Below are positions 1 to 8,135 of a DNA stretch of 64,000 nucleotides, one piece after another. Where the stretch lies: assembly GCA_023409975.1 (NCBI GenBank), contig JAEYQO010000104.1, forward strand, positions 1,157 through 65,156, written 5' to 3'. The stretch comes from Bacteroidota bacterium. GTDB lineage: Bacteria; Bacteroidota; Bacteroidia; Chitinophagales; Chitinophagaceae. The notes under the pieces were generated by a model, which was not told where the DNA came from, searched no databases, and saw nothing but the letters and a program-made list of their open reading frames with translations. The stretch's first letter is position 1. The number at the start of each line of letters is the position of its first letter. Position numbers and translations under genes: made by a program.

Positions 1-275
1 TTATAAAGCGCCTGGATAAACCCAAGTGCTATTGAAGCCCGGTCTTTATCATTAGTGAGGGCATTGTGGAACGCCCTTCGGGCATGTGCCCCGCAGCCTA
101 CATGTGTTACGTCCTTGCGCATCCAAATCTTGTCGTAGACAGCATAACCATCCGATTGAAGAAAGCCTTTGAAGCCTTCCAATACATGGGCTGCAGCCCC
201 GGAGCCACGTCTGGGCTGATGGTTGAACGACACTGTTCCATCAACGGGACAAAAGAACCTGGATATATACAAACA
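1..275 (-). pseudogene. IS66-family transposase fragment (5'-truncated, runs off left edge)
   Basis: Minus-strand frame (codons at 3k..3k+2) reads ...GFLQSDGYAVYDKIWMRKDVTHVGCGAHARRAFHNALTNDKDRASIALGFIQALY with no stop down to position 1. The DGY..Y / C.AHARR.F / ..LY string is the IS66 Tnp signature. The frame is closed upstream by TAG at 306-308, and no N-terminal domains are present. Confidence 0.6.
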
Positions 276-299
276 TGGGGAAATCGAACGCTCTATTAA

Positions 300-442
300 G
301 TAGGGCTATTACCTCATGGGTTACCGGCTGCAAGCAGAAGTCATCCAGGATGAGCAAGGGAGCCTTGGCAATCTTGTTGAGTCATTATATAGAGGTTCGG
401 GTTCAGCCTTGCCAGAGACAGCTGTTCTATAAATCTGTTCAT
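300..442 (-). pseudogene. IstB-like (IS21 helper ATPase) fragment, frameshifted
   Basis: Minus strand reads MNRFIEQLSLARLN... from ATG at 442. After a frame change it reads KIAKAPLLILDDFCLQPVTHEVIALLNRAFDF, which resembles the IstB Walker-B region (LLIlDDfG.qp). It is too short and broken to be functional. Confidence 0.4.
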
Positions 443-502
443 TGATTTACATCTACAGCCACAATTCTAGCTGTCAAAATCAAATGTCATATTCATTCTT
501 TG

Positions 503-538
503 AAAAGGGGCCGTCTAAAAAGTCAGACGGCCCTTTTT
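503..538. terminator. Bidirectional intrinsic terminator-like hairpin
   Basis: aaaa-GGGCCGTCT-(8 nt loop)-AGACGGCCC-ttttt: a 9-bp GC-rich stem flanked by an A-run and a T-run. Confidence 0.5.
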
Positions 539-981
539 ACTTTAGTGAATGTAACATATAATTTTGACAGTTTGTTTAGTGGCTGTAGGTGATATGTAAG
601 CGAAAAACTTATAAGGCCCTCCTCTGCAAGTAACTGAACTACCTGGCTGAAGATATCTTTGAGTGCGCCTTTTAAACGCTGACCACGAAAGTTGTTGATC
701 GTGTTATGATCGGGAGTCTGCATCCCACTCAGCCACATGAAGTGAATATTCTCCTGGAGAGCTGCCTCAATTTTACGGCTACTGTAGATATTGGTCAGAT
801 AGTTATAAACAAGAACCTCCGACATCATCTTGGGATGATAAGAAGAAGTGCCTCCACCGCTGTATTTGCTGATAAGCAACTTCGGGTCAATCTTTTCGAT
901 GACATCATTTACAATCTGAACCGGATGGGTCACGGGAATAAAAAAAGGGGCTATACCACTTTTGAGACAGACCCCTACTTG
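523..981 (-). pseudogene. IS1182-family transposase N-terminal fragment
   Basis: ...THPVQIVNDVIEKIDPKLLISKYSGGGTSSYHPKMMSEVLVYNYLTNIYSSRKIEAALQENIHFMWLSGMQTPDHNTINNFR...EEGLIS matches the IS1182/IS5-type N-terminal transposase domain. Similarity stops near nt 607, and no DDE catalytic part follows. The listed start is GTG, and the frame is open upstream to a stop at 982-984. Confidence 0.6.
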
Positions 982-1020
982 TTAGGTCGCTCTTTTTTGG
1001 TTACTATCCGATAAAAAACC

Positions 1021-1647
1021 TTAAAGGGACCAACTAACACAAAGCTCAGAACTAAACATTCTGCGGTTTACAGGATTGGATTGATCTTTATGAACTATAG
1101 TCATCGAAGGAAGGGATCGAATAAGACGAAGGGAGACTCTAAAAAAATTCACCTCCCCAAAATGGGCAACTCCCATATCTATATATAGCGGGAAGTTGCT
1201 ATAGGCATGATCCATATTTTCCACCTTTTCGAAATTACTGCCTGCTGATTCCGCGACCTCTCTACCTATTAAACTGGAATAAAGAATTCCCACTTCAAAG
1301 GTTTGAACGAAGGGACGTTTCCGTATTTCGAAAAGTGTTCTTGAGGAACGTATCCCTGCACCAATTCCTGCTTCCAAAAATTGCTCTCTCAAAATACCAT
1401 TTGAAGTTCTCCCAGAGAATTGGTTCAGATTAACTTCAGTTTTTATAAATGGTGCACCATTCATAAAGTAGGTCGTGGTAAAGCCGACCCTGAAACCGGG
1501 CCGCGGCGCTACAGCGGACTTTCTCCCATCCAGGTTATACCAGCCAAGCTTTCCTGCAATTTCAGTACCAAGATATATTCGGCTTTCCTGGCCGTAAATT
1601 ATTAAAGGAGCAACCAGCAAAACAACTATAGTTAGCACTACTTTCAT
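1021..1647 (-). CDS. Hypothetical secreted protein, possible outer-membrane beta-barrel
   Basis: ATG start, N-terminal signal peptide MKVVLTIVVLLVAPLIIYGQ, alternating hydrophobic/polar pattern rich in G/Y/F. No specific family recognised. Confidence 0.45.
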   Translation of the reverse strand: MKVVLTIVVLLVAPLIIYGQESRIYLGTEIAGKLGWYNLDGRKSAVAPRPGFRVGFTTTYFMNGAPFIKTEVNLNQFSGRTSNGILREQFLEAGIGAGIRSSRTLFEIRKRPFVQTFEVGILYSSLIGREVAESAGSNFEKVENMDHAYSNFPLYIDMGVAHFGEVNFFRVSLRLIRSLPSMTIVHKDQSNPVNRRMFSSELCVSWSL

Positions 1648-1965
1648 GACCGAAATTTTTTATTGATTAAATCACTAGCTGTCTTTGTAACAGCTAGACG
1701 CCCATCCCCCTACGGTTGGAGTCCTTCTGGACTCTTGGTGCAAGCGGCTGAAAAAACCAGCATCAAAAAACTACTGTCAATTTTGTCATTTGTCTAATAA
1801 TAAACATTTTTTAATGAAAAAATATGAATGCTTGACTAAGGTAATAAATTTATTAATATATCGCACATTTTCTAGTTTAGTTATGAATGATGCAATTTTA
1901 TGTATCGACGTAGTTGGCTTAATTACGCTTTTTTCGTCGTCTCATGAAAGCATTTAAGGTAAATG

Positions 1966-1988
1966 AAATCACTGTTGTCCGACAAAAT
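1966..1988. repeat. IS left terminal inverted repeat
   Basis: aaatcactgttgtccgacaaaat; matches the reverse complement of 3362-3384 at 21/23 positions. Confidence 0.75.
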
Positions 1989-2066
1989 CGAAAACAGGTT
2001 GTAAATTCCTCTGAGACCTTTGATTTTACTGGCTCGTGTTGCCGGTTTTCGAAAGCAGGGGGGGGC

Positions 2067-3278
2067 TCAGGTGGGCCCAAACAAGTCATAGTGGACCGGA
2101 AGTTTTGCGTTTCTTTTCCTTTTCTGGTTATGCAGTGCAAGCAGGCCCTTAATACTGATGTATCCTGCCAGATGGATGCGTAACAAAGTAGTGACATTGC
2201 TGAAAGCAATTTTTGAGCCATTACGGTTGTGGATAACACTGAGCAGCAGCACGCCAATCAGCGCGCACCATATCTGCACCTCTATGGCGTTTTGATTATC
2301 TCCCACAAAATACTGCAAAGGAAAATTCTGCTTAAGCTTCTTAAAGAATAGCTCTATCTGCCATCGATACTGGTAGATAGCCGCAATTGTGGCTGCATCT
2401 AACTCAAAGTTATTGGTGATAAACTCGTAGACCCGGCCTCCTTTGGCATCCCACCAGGCAATGCGACGCAGTTCCAGAATGTGCTCTTTCCCTTGCCCAT
2501 CTTTATAGGTCTGATGAATGATTTCATCTTTTAAGACCGAATCCGGCGTGTCTTTAGCCGGTAACTTTTCGGATACCGAAGTATAGATGGCATTATCCTT
2601 CTGGCGGGTGACAAAGAAGATGCCTTTCCGGATAAAGTCTGCAAACTGCAGGTAGTTGTTGTACCCCTTGTCAAAAGTCAGAAAGGAGCCCTCAGGTAGC
2701 TGAATATACTTCAGGAATTGCTGGTCATTATCTGCTGCGGCATTAAAGCGGATCAGTACGGGCATTAGGGATGTAGCCTGGAGCATGGTGTTCTTCTTAA
2801 TCCCTCCCTTTCTTTTGCCATCTGCAGGTGTTCTCCCGGATGTCTTTAGAATGGCCTTAAACAGGGAAAAAACCGTTGAATCAATAACAAAGAGCTTAGA
2901 CAGTACTGCGGAAGATAGAGTGCTGTCCGACAAATTAAGCCGGTAGCGAGCGCATAAATCCTCATATATCTTACCAAATACGGCGGATGATCTGTTCTTA
3001 TTTGCATCAGCAAGCGTGGAACGTGGAGGTACCTTATTAAGGTTCAGGTGAGAGAGCTTACCGCCAAAAGCTTCCAGCCCCATCACGATCTCCCGTAGCG
3101 ACGTACAGTTGGACAGTACACAAAACATCATGGTAACATAATGATCCCAGGCTGTGATAGACTTATACCACTTGTTTGCCTTAGTTTCTTTGAAAACCTG
3201 AGACAGGCTGTCTTTAGACGAAAGCGTCAGGATCTGGGAGAAGATGTGCTGTCCGACAAAATGGGTACTTTTGTTCAT
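2067..3278 (-). CDS. IS4-family DDE transposase (DUF4372-type N-terminus)
   Basis: MNKSTHFVGQHIFSQILTL...WDHYVTMMFCVLSNCTSLREI...FVIDSTVFSL...TFDKGYNNY...YRWQIELFFKKLKQNF: the N-terminal domain plus DDE_Tnp_1-like YRWQIE.FFK motif typical of Bacteroidota IS4 elements. I use the ATG at 3278; the listed ORF start at 3314 is TTG. Confidence 0.85.
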   Translation of the reverse strand: MNKSTHFVGQHIFSQILTLSSKDSLSQVFKETKANKWYKSITAWDHYVTMMFCVLSNCTSLREIVMGLEAFGGKLSHLNLNKVPPRSTLADANKNRSSAVFGKIYEDLCARYRLNLSDSTLSSAVLSKLFVIDSTVFSLFKAILKTSGRTPADGKRKGGIKKNTMLQATSLMPVLIRFNAAADNDQQFLKYIQLPEGSFLTFDKGYNNYLQFADFIRKGIFFVTRQKDNAIYTSVSEKLPAKDTPDSVLKDEIIHQTYKDGQGKEHILELRRIAWWDAKGGRVYEFITNNFELDAATIAAIYQYRWQIELFFKKLKQNFPLQYFVGDNQNAIEVQIWCALIGVLLLSVIHNRNGSKIAFSNVTTLLRIHLAGYISIKGLLALHNQKRKRNAKLPVHYDLFGPT

Positions 3279-3361
3279 GTTGTAGTTAATTCTATGGAAA
3301 GAACAAACTAACAACTTTTAGGGGGCCCCGTGGCCCCCTTTATAATGATTTATACCGAATT

Positions 3362-3384
3362 ATTTTCTCGGACAACAGTGGTTT
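3362..3384. repeat. IS right terminal inverted repeat
   Basis: attttctcggacaacagtggttt; pairs with 1966-1988. Confidence 0.75.
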
Positions 3385-3470
3385 TCTTCCTTTTATTTCA
3401 ACTGAAACTTTCCCACAGTTTGCGTTTTTCTGAAATATGGCGGCTAAGATGCTCCAATTTCTCAACCTAC

Positions 3471-3536
3471 TGACAAGGTATTGACAAGGTATCAACAAGG
3501 AGTTAACAAGGAGTCAACAAGGAGTCAACAAGGAGT
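3471..3536 (+). repeat. Tandem array A1: 6 x 11-bp units
   Basis: tgacaaggtat tgacaaggtat caacaaggagt taacaaggagt caacaaggagt caacaaggagt; exact 11-bp period. Confidence 0.9.
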
Positions 3537-3600
3537 TATCCCCCATTCTCGTTCGTCTAAATAATTGGTATTTCAATCACATATGAGGCGAGAAAATGGT

Positions 3601-3665
3601 CCCACATTTTTGATGCCAGAGATTTTCTTTCCGCGCCAGGCGGGGCTTTGCTGTGTGTTGCGCAA
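3601..3665 (+). repeat. Box B1 (about 65-bp direct repeat, partner at 4196-4260)
   Basis: Shares ..atgcca.a.ATTTTCTTTCCGC.CCAG....GGCTTTG.. with 4196-4260. The 13-mer attttctttccgc is exact at 3622-3634 and 4216-4228. Confidence 0.7.
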
Positions 3666-3691
3666 CAACAGCAATGGATTTGGATGAGAAT

Positions 3692-3930
3692 GGCCGTTGG
3701 CCGTTGGCGGTGGAGCTGAATCGATGGAAGGAAAATGGGGAAAGCCAAGACGAAGGCTCAGGCAAGGGCGAAGGCCAAGGCCAAGGCGAAGGCCAAGGCA
3801 CCCCCACAACCCACGACCTCGACCAAACGGGCCGTTGGCCATTGGCGGGGAAAAGAGCGAAAGCCAAAGCCAAGGCCAAAGCCAAGGCACCCGCACAACC
3901 CACAACCCACAACCCACAACCCACAACCAA
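3692..3930 (+). repeat. Two tandem low-complexity modules (M1 3692-3828, M2 3829-3930)
   Basis: Each module starts ggccgttggcc(g/a)ttggcgg. It continues with an (AAGGCC/AAAGCC)n hexamer tract (about 3742-3800 and 3857-3890) and ends with CACAACC-type heptamers. Confidence 0.85.
3894..3928 (+). repeat. Perfect heptanucleotide microsatellite (CACAACC)x5
   Basis: cacaacc repeated five times without mismatch; a degenerate 3-unit version lies at about 3805-3825. Confidence 0.95.
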
Positions 3931-3943
3931 TCAGGTATGGACA

Positions 3944-4009
3944 ACTCCTTAATGACTCTTTACTGACTCTTTGGTGACTGTTTGGTGATACTTTGGTGAT
4001 ACCCTGGCA
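3944..4009 (-). repeat. Tandem array A2: 6 x 11-bp units, inverted copy of A1
   Basis: actccttaatg actctttactg actctttggtg actgtttggtg atactttggtg ataccctggca. It matches 49/66 positions of the reverse complement of A1, with the same 4 act.. + 2 atac.. unit order. Confidence 0.85.
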
Positions 4010-4088
4010 ACTGGGTAGCAAAGCATAGCTCTTTTCTTAAAAAATAGCGTTTTGGCTGCACAAGCCTTATGCAGCCTTCACTGTGATG

Positions 4089-4154
4089 ACTCTTTGCTGA
4101 CTCTTTGGTGATACTTTGGTGACTCTTTGGTGATACTTTGGTGATACCCTCGCA
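4089..4154 (-). repeat. Tandem array A3: 6 x 11-bp units, direct copy of A2
   Basis: actctttgctg actctttggtg atactttggtg actctttggtg atactttggtg ataccctcgca; 57/66 identical to A2 and 79 bp downstream of it. Confidence 0.9.
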
Positions 4155-4195
4155 GCACACTTGTTTTTAACTGGTTTTTTTCGGAAACATTGTCT

Positions 4196-4260
4196 CCTCA
4201 TTTCTCATGCCACAAATTTTCTTTCCGCACCAGCAGCGGCTTTGACACGGGTCGCGCGAC
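4196..4260 (+). repeat. Box B2 (direct repeat of B1)
   Basis: cctcatttctcatgccacaaATTTTCTTTCCGCaCCAGcagcGGCTTTGacacgggtcgcgcgac; see B1. Confidence 0.7.
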
Positions 4261-4453
4261 CTTAGCGACCCATATTTCTGCCTGTTCTTGCTCATTTTTG
4301 CACCATGATTCACAACATCAGACCCATGAACGGATTAAACGCTCAGATACTCATTCAGTACGCCCGGTTCCCACTATTGAAAATTTCTATATTCGATGGC
4401 CGCCAAACGGTTTGTCCTGATCCGATGTCTCTACAGTCACCTCAAAGTTTTTT

Positions 4454-5749
4454 ATGAAGTATTTTGATCGGCGAAAGATGATTCAGAACCTGATTTCAAC
4501 TACCGCTTTCCTCGTTTTGCTTGTGTCCTGCAGTTCGGAGGCTGCCGGAAAGCAAGTGAAGGTTTTGTTCATTGGCAATAGCTATACGTATGTCAACAAT
4601 CTGCCAGTGCTGATCGCTGACATGGCAACAGCCTCCGGTGACCAACTAGTTTTCAGCACCAGCGCCCCCGGAGGACACACCCTGGAGCAACATGCATCGA
4701 ATCCAGCCACTTTATCGCTGATAGCCCAGGGGGGGTGGGATTATGTTGTATTGCAGGAACAAAGTCAACGGCCTGCCTTTCCCGATGCCCAGGTAGTCGC
4801 CGATGTATATCCCTATGCCCGAAAGCTCGACAGCCTTGTAAAGGCAGCGGATTCCTGTACAAAAACTGTTTTTTATATGACCTGGGGACGAAAGAATGGT
4901 GATCAGATGAACTGCGCTTTTTTCCCGCCACTTTGTACGTATCTCGGTATGGATAGTCTGCTGCAGCTTCGCTACAGTATTATGGCCGATAATAACGGTG
5001 CCGTTCTTGCCCCCGTTGCAAAGGTTTGGAGGCAAGTCAGAGCTCAGCACCCCTCACTGGAACTGTACGATGCGGACGAGAGTCATCCTTCTCTGAAAGG
5101 TTCTTTTGCCGCTGCCGCCGCGTTCTATGCGATTTTCTTCAATAAAAATCCTGCGCTAAACAGCTATACCGCAGGTCTGGATGCGAGCGAGGCACTTACT
5201 ATAAAAAATGCTGCAAAGTTGGTTGTATTCGATTCTCTGACTACCTGGTATCAGCATGATCCACTGCCGGCTGCTCAGTTTAATTATACCGTGTCTGGAA
5301 ATCAGGTAAGTTTTCAGAATGCTTCTACAGATGCCACCACTTTTAAATGGTACTTCGGTGATGGTGACAGCTCTACACTGGAACACCCGGTACACTCCTA
5401 TGCTTCCATTGGGACCTATCCGGTGACCCTTATTGCCAGTCATTGTTCTTTCACCGATACTACATTAATCAATGTTCAAATGTCCGGCACTGGATTGGAG
5501 GTGATCCACAGCCCTATGGACATCAACATCTACCCAAATCCTGCCAAAGACTTCGTTTCGCTGCAGGCGTCTGAGGATATCAGGAAAGTTGTGATGTTTA
5601 GCGTGTCTGGATCTAAAGTCGCGGAATGGCAATCCCTCAAAGCCAGGGAGCTGGAACTGGATATCAGATTGCTCTCCAGCGGTATGTACTACCTGAATAT
5701 GATCACCGACGAAGGCCGGAACGTGAGGCTGATCCAGGTCATCAAATAG
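4454..5749 (+). CDS. Secreted SGNH/DUF4886-like hydrolase with PKD domain and T9SS type-A C-terminal sorting domain
   Basis: Signal peptide; KVLFIGNSYTYVNNLP (SGNH block I-like); PKD motif FKWYFGDGDSSTLEHPVHSYASIGTYPVTLIA; C-terminal IYPNPAKDFVSLQ...GMYYLNMITDEGRNVRLIQVIK (Por secretion tail). Confidence 0.8.
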   Translation: MKYFDRRKMIQNLISTTAFLVLLVSCSSEAAGKQVKVLFIGNSYTYVNNLPVLIADMATASGDQLVFSTSAPGGHTLEQHASNPATLSLIAQGGWDYVVLQEQSQRPAFPDAQVVADVYPYARKLDSLVKAADSCTKTVFYMTWGRKNGDQMNCAFFPPLCTYLGMDSLLQLRYSIMADNNGAVLAPVAKVWRQVRAQHPSLELYDADESHPSLKGSFAAAAAFYAIFFNKNPALNSYTAGLDASEALTIKNAAKLVVFDSLTTWYQHDPLPAAQFNYTVSGNQVSFQNASTDATTFKWYFGDGDSSTLEHPVHSYASIGTYPVTLIASHCSFTDTTLINVQMSGTGLEVIHSPMDINIYPNPAKDFVSLQASEDIRKVVMFSVSGSKVAEWQSLKARELELDIRLLSSGMYYLNMITDEGRNVRLIQVIK

Positions 5750-5847
5750 TAACTGGTAGTTGACAACGAAGAGATGAAGACACAGCTGCGGAAACAGTGG
5801 TTCTGTAACTTCGTTACAATGTTTTCAGATCATCAACAGCAAGTGCC

Positions 5848-6291
5848 ATGATTAATTTATATACCATCGGGTTCGCCGGGAAATCTGCGGAGAAGTTCTT
5901 CAGCCTGCTTCAGCAGGCTGGGGTGACCAGAATTATCGACACCCGCCTCAATAATGTGTCGCAAATGTCGGGGTTTGCCAAAGCCGGGGATCTGAAGTTT
6001 TTTGCGAAGGTGATCGGCAATATCGACTATATCCATCGTTTAGACTTTGCACCGACAAAGGAGCTGCTGGACCAATACCGGCAAAAGCACCTGACCTGGG
6101 TGGAGTACGAGGTAGCGTACCTCAATCTCCTTAAGAGGCGCGGGATAGCACAGAAGATCGATATTGAAATGTTGGAGAATAGTTGTCTTCTTTGCAGCGA
6201 ACACAGCCCTGGCTACTGTCACCGCAGGTTGCTGGCGGATTATCTATGCCGGGTGAAGGGCGGCATAGATGTATATCATCTGGTCGATTAG
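5848..6291 (+). CDS. DUF488 family protein
   Basis: LYTIGFAGKSAEKFFSLLQQAGVTRIIDTRLNN...LLCSEHSPGYCHRRLLADYL matches the DUF488 layout (TIGh..ks...F, vvDvR, C.E....CHR). Confidence 0.7.
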   Translation: MINLYTIGFAGKSAEKFFSLLQQAGVTRIIDTRLNNVSQMSGFAKAGDLKFFAKVIGNIDYIHRLDFAPTKELLDQYRQKHLTWVEYEVAYLNLLKRRGIAQKIDIEMLENSCLLCSEHSPGYCHRRLLADYLCRVKGGIDVYHLVD

Positions 6292-6324
6292 AGAGTAGCG
6301 TTTCGAATGATGAGGTTTGATGGG

Positions 6325-7089
6325 TTATGCGTACGCCAACGATTCCCACTCACTAATATCGTGGTAGCCATAAACCGGTATGTCCGGATACGTGGCTATG
6401 AATTGCCGGATTTTTTCCAGCGACTCCAGCCTGAGCGCATTATCATCCGCTCTGCTTTCTGCCAGTTCGTGGACAGGATGCTCAGGATCATCCAGTTCCG
6501 CACGAAGGTAGTAGGCGTCACCTGTGTAGAATATTATGCTGCTCCCATGTTCAATAGCAACGCCGCAGTGTCCGAATGTGTGTCCAAACAATGGGATCAG
6601 ATATATGCTCGTCCCCGGCAGAACAGAAACGCTTCTGGCCTCAAAGCCCATCCAGTTTGCATCCGCCTGCTCATAGGTCTTGATCACAGGCCGGTGTTCA
6701 AGCTGATGAGGCAGGTATCGGAAATGCCCCGATTTAAAATGCTCGAATTCCTCAAAACCAACATGTACTACGGCCTGGGGAAAGTCAGCCAGACCACCGA
6801 TATGGTCCGGGTCTAAATGGCTGATCACACAATCACTGACCTTTGCAGGATCCAGACCCAGTTGCTGTATCTGCCTGTACGCGGTCCGTTCCTCGCTGAA
6901 TCTGAATCCTACTATAGAAATCAGTTCCTGCCCAATCCTCTCGGCAGGATGTTCGGTGTCCTTTAAGCCTATTCCCACATCGATCATTACCAACTGTTCG
7001 TCCTGTTCCAGAAGCAGGCAATGACCAATGGCGCTCCCATTTCCCGGAGATTCAATTTCAACACAATTCAGGTGGTGTACCCTTAACAT
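6325..7089 (-). CDS. MBL-fold metallo-hydrolase
   Basis: ISHLDPDHIGGLADF (HxHxDH-type motif), GHTFGHCGV, and YTGDAYY later in the sequence. Confidence 0.8.
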   Translation of the reverse strand: MLRVHHLNCVEIESPGNGSAIGHCLLLEQDEQLVMIDVGIGLKDTEHPAERIGQELISIVGFRFSEERTAYRQIQQLGLDPAKVSDCVISHLDPDHIGGLADFPQAVVHVGFEEFEHFKSGHFRYLPHQLEHRPVIKTYEQADANWMGFEARSVSVLPGTSIYLIPLFGHTFGHCGVAIEHGSSIIFYTGDAYYLRAELDDPEHPVHELAESRADDNALRLESLEKIRQFIATYPDIPVYGYHDISEWESLAYA

Positions 7090-7158
7090 ACTATCTCTGC
7101 TTAAATTACAGCAAACTTAATCGATCGATTCCAGGCCAGATAGAACCAAAACGACGTC

Positions 7159-7998
7159 TTATCCTTCAGTGAGGATGCGCAGGGGCTTCAGGGGATAGTC
7201 CATCGTCGGTTGAAACGGCTGGCGTTTCGTAACGACTCTGAGAAACTGCCCCGGAGTATAACCCGAAAAATCTTTGAATGTCCTGATGAAATGAGAGGGG
7301 TCTGTGTATCCCAGGTTATAGGCAATATCACTCATCTTTTGATACTGAAAGCTTTTGAGCATTTGAAGTGCCTGTTGAAACTTGAGGATACGAAGCCAGG
7401 TCTCTGCTTTCAGACCGATATTTTGTTTGAATATTCGCTGAAATTGCCTCTGCGAAATATGCAGCGAGGCTGGGAGCATCCCCGGCCTGATTGTGTCAAT
7501 TTCATCCTTTACCAGTTTCAGGCAGGATTCGAAAAGTGGATCGGGGTTGGCGGAACCAGCAAGCCGGCGCAGGGAGCTGCTGAACAGGTCGCTGAGTTGG
7601 GCAGGTGGCCCCGCATGCAGCAATTGATCATTTATCCCGTGTCCCAGAAGTTCTTCCAGCGCTACTACCGAATTGGTAAGTTCTGATGCATCGATCCTGA
7701 AAAAGGTTTTCAGAGCAGAGGGTTTCAGGTCAATGCCAAATACAAAGGTCTTGTCCGTTATCTGATTGAGGCAGGGTTTGGTCGCCTGGCCATGAACAAA
7801 GGATACCGGCAGGGGAGACCCGAGCGGGTCGAATACTTTTGACCGGCCATTGCTGTGTTGGAAAATGATACCGGGTGCACCGGTTGGAAGAATCCTGATG
7901 GTTGATTTCAGATCACTGTGCTGCGTCTCTTCATAGTACCAGTACCTGGTAACGAATTGCCTCAGAGAGGGTGGCGGCTCCAGTATTTGAATTGCCAT
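7159..7998 (-). CDS. AraC-family transcriptional regulator
   Basis: C-terminal HTH_18 region: MSDIAYNLGYTDPSHFIRTFKDFSGYTPGQF. I use the ATG at 7998 (MAIQILEPP...); the listed ORF extends to 8106. Confidence 0.8.
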   Translation of the reverse strand: MAIQILEPPPSLRQFVTRYWYYEETQHSDLKSTIRILPTGAPGIIFQHSNGRSKVFDPLGSPLPVSFVHGQATKPCLNQITDKTFVFGIDLKPSALKTFFRIDASELTNSVVALEELLGHGINDQLLHAGPPAQLSDLFSSSLRRLAGSANPDPLFESCLKLVKDEIDTIRPGMLPASLHISQRQFQRIFKQNIGLKAETWLRILKFQQALQMLKSFQYQKMSDIAYNLGYTDPSHFIRTFKDFSGYTPGQFLRVVTKRQPFQPTMDYPLKPLRILTEG

Positions 7999-8135
7999 TG
8001 AAATGTGATTTGATTGTTCGGTTCGTAAAGTAGCAGCTTTTCCGGTGAAGAGAAACTGATAGGTTCTGCGGCCACGATGACCTGTAAGGATGTAGCCGGG
8101 AATCACCCTCCATTCGGAAGCATCGCGAATGGAGG

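Larger units (their letters stand above)
1966..3384 (-). mobile_element. IS4-family insertion sequence (about 1.42 kb) with 23-bp terminal inverted repeats
   Basis: A single DDE transposase ORF is bounded by IR-L 1966-1988 (aaatcactgttgtccgacaaaat) and IR-R 3362-3384, whose reverse complement is aaaccactgttgtccgagaaaat (21/23 identical). No flanking direct repeat is visible. Confidence 0.75.

Noticed and set aside
66-1014. ORFs 66-299(+) and 706-1014(+).
   Set aside because: Both are antisense to recognisable transposase fragments (IS66 and IS1182 types). One uses a GTG start, and neither has a recognisable motif.
1919-2257. ORFs 1919-2257(-) and 1944-2183(+) spanning the IS left end.
   Set aside because: They cross the IS terminal repeat boundary and overlap the 3' end of the transposase gene. 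Their Cys/Arg-rich composition has no family resemblance.
3471-4154. Could the regularly spaced arrays be a CRISPR locus?
   Set aside because: The units are 11 bp and directly abutting, with no spacers. The repeats are far shorter than CRISPR repeats, and there are no cas genes in the window.
3557-4160. Eight listed ORFs (63-123 aa) on both strands across the tandem-repeat block, for example 3573-3944(-), 3653-3952(+) and 3735-3977(+).
   Set aside because: They overlap one another in several frames. They encode pure low-complexity strings (GQGEGQG, KAKAKAKA, PQPTTHNPQPTT, WLWPWLWL) that come directly from translating hexamer, heptamer and 11-mer repeats. This is not coding evidence.
4190-4420. 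76-aa ORF upstream of the SGNH/PKD gene.
   Set aside because: It starts inside repeat box B2, uses a non-ATG start, and has no motif. It is more likely part of the non-coding leader.
6307-6816. 169-aa plus-strand ORF.
   Set aside because: It is fully antisense to the MBL-fold hydrolase gene, whose metal-binding motifs are clear.
7210-7686. 158-aa plus-strand ORF.
   Set aside because: It is antisense to the AraC-family regulator, which has a clear HTH motif.
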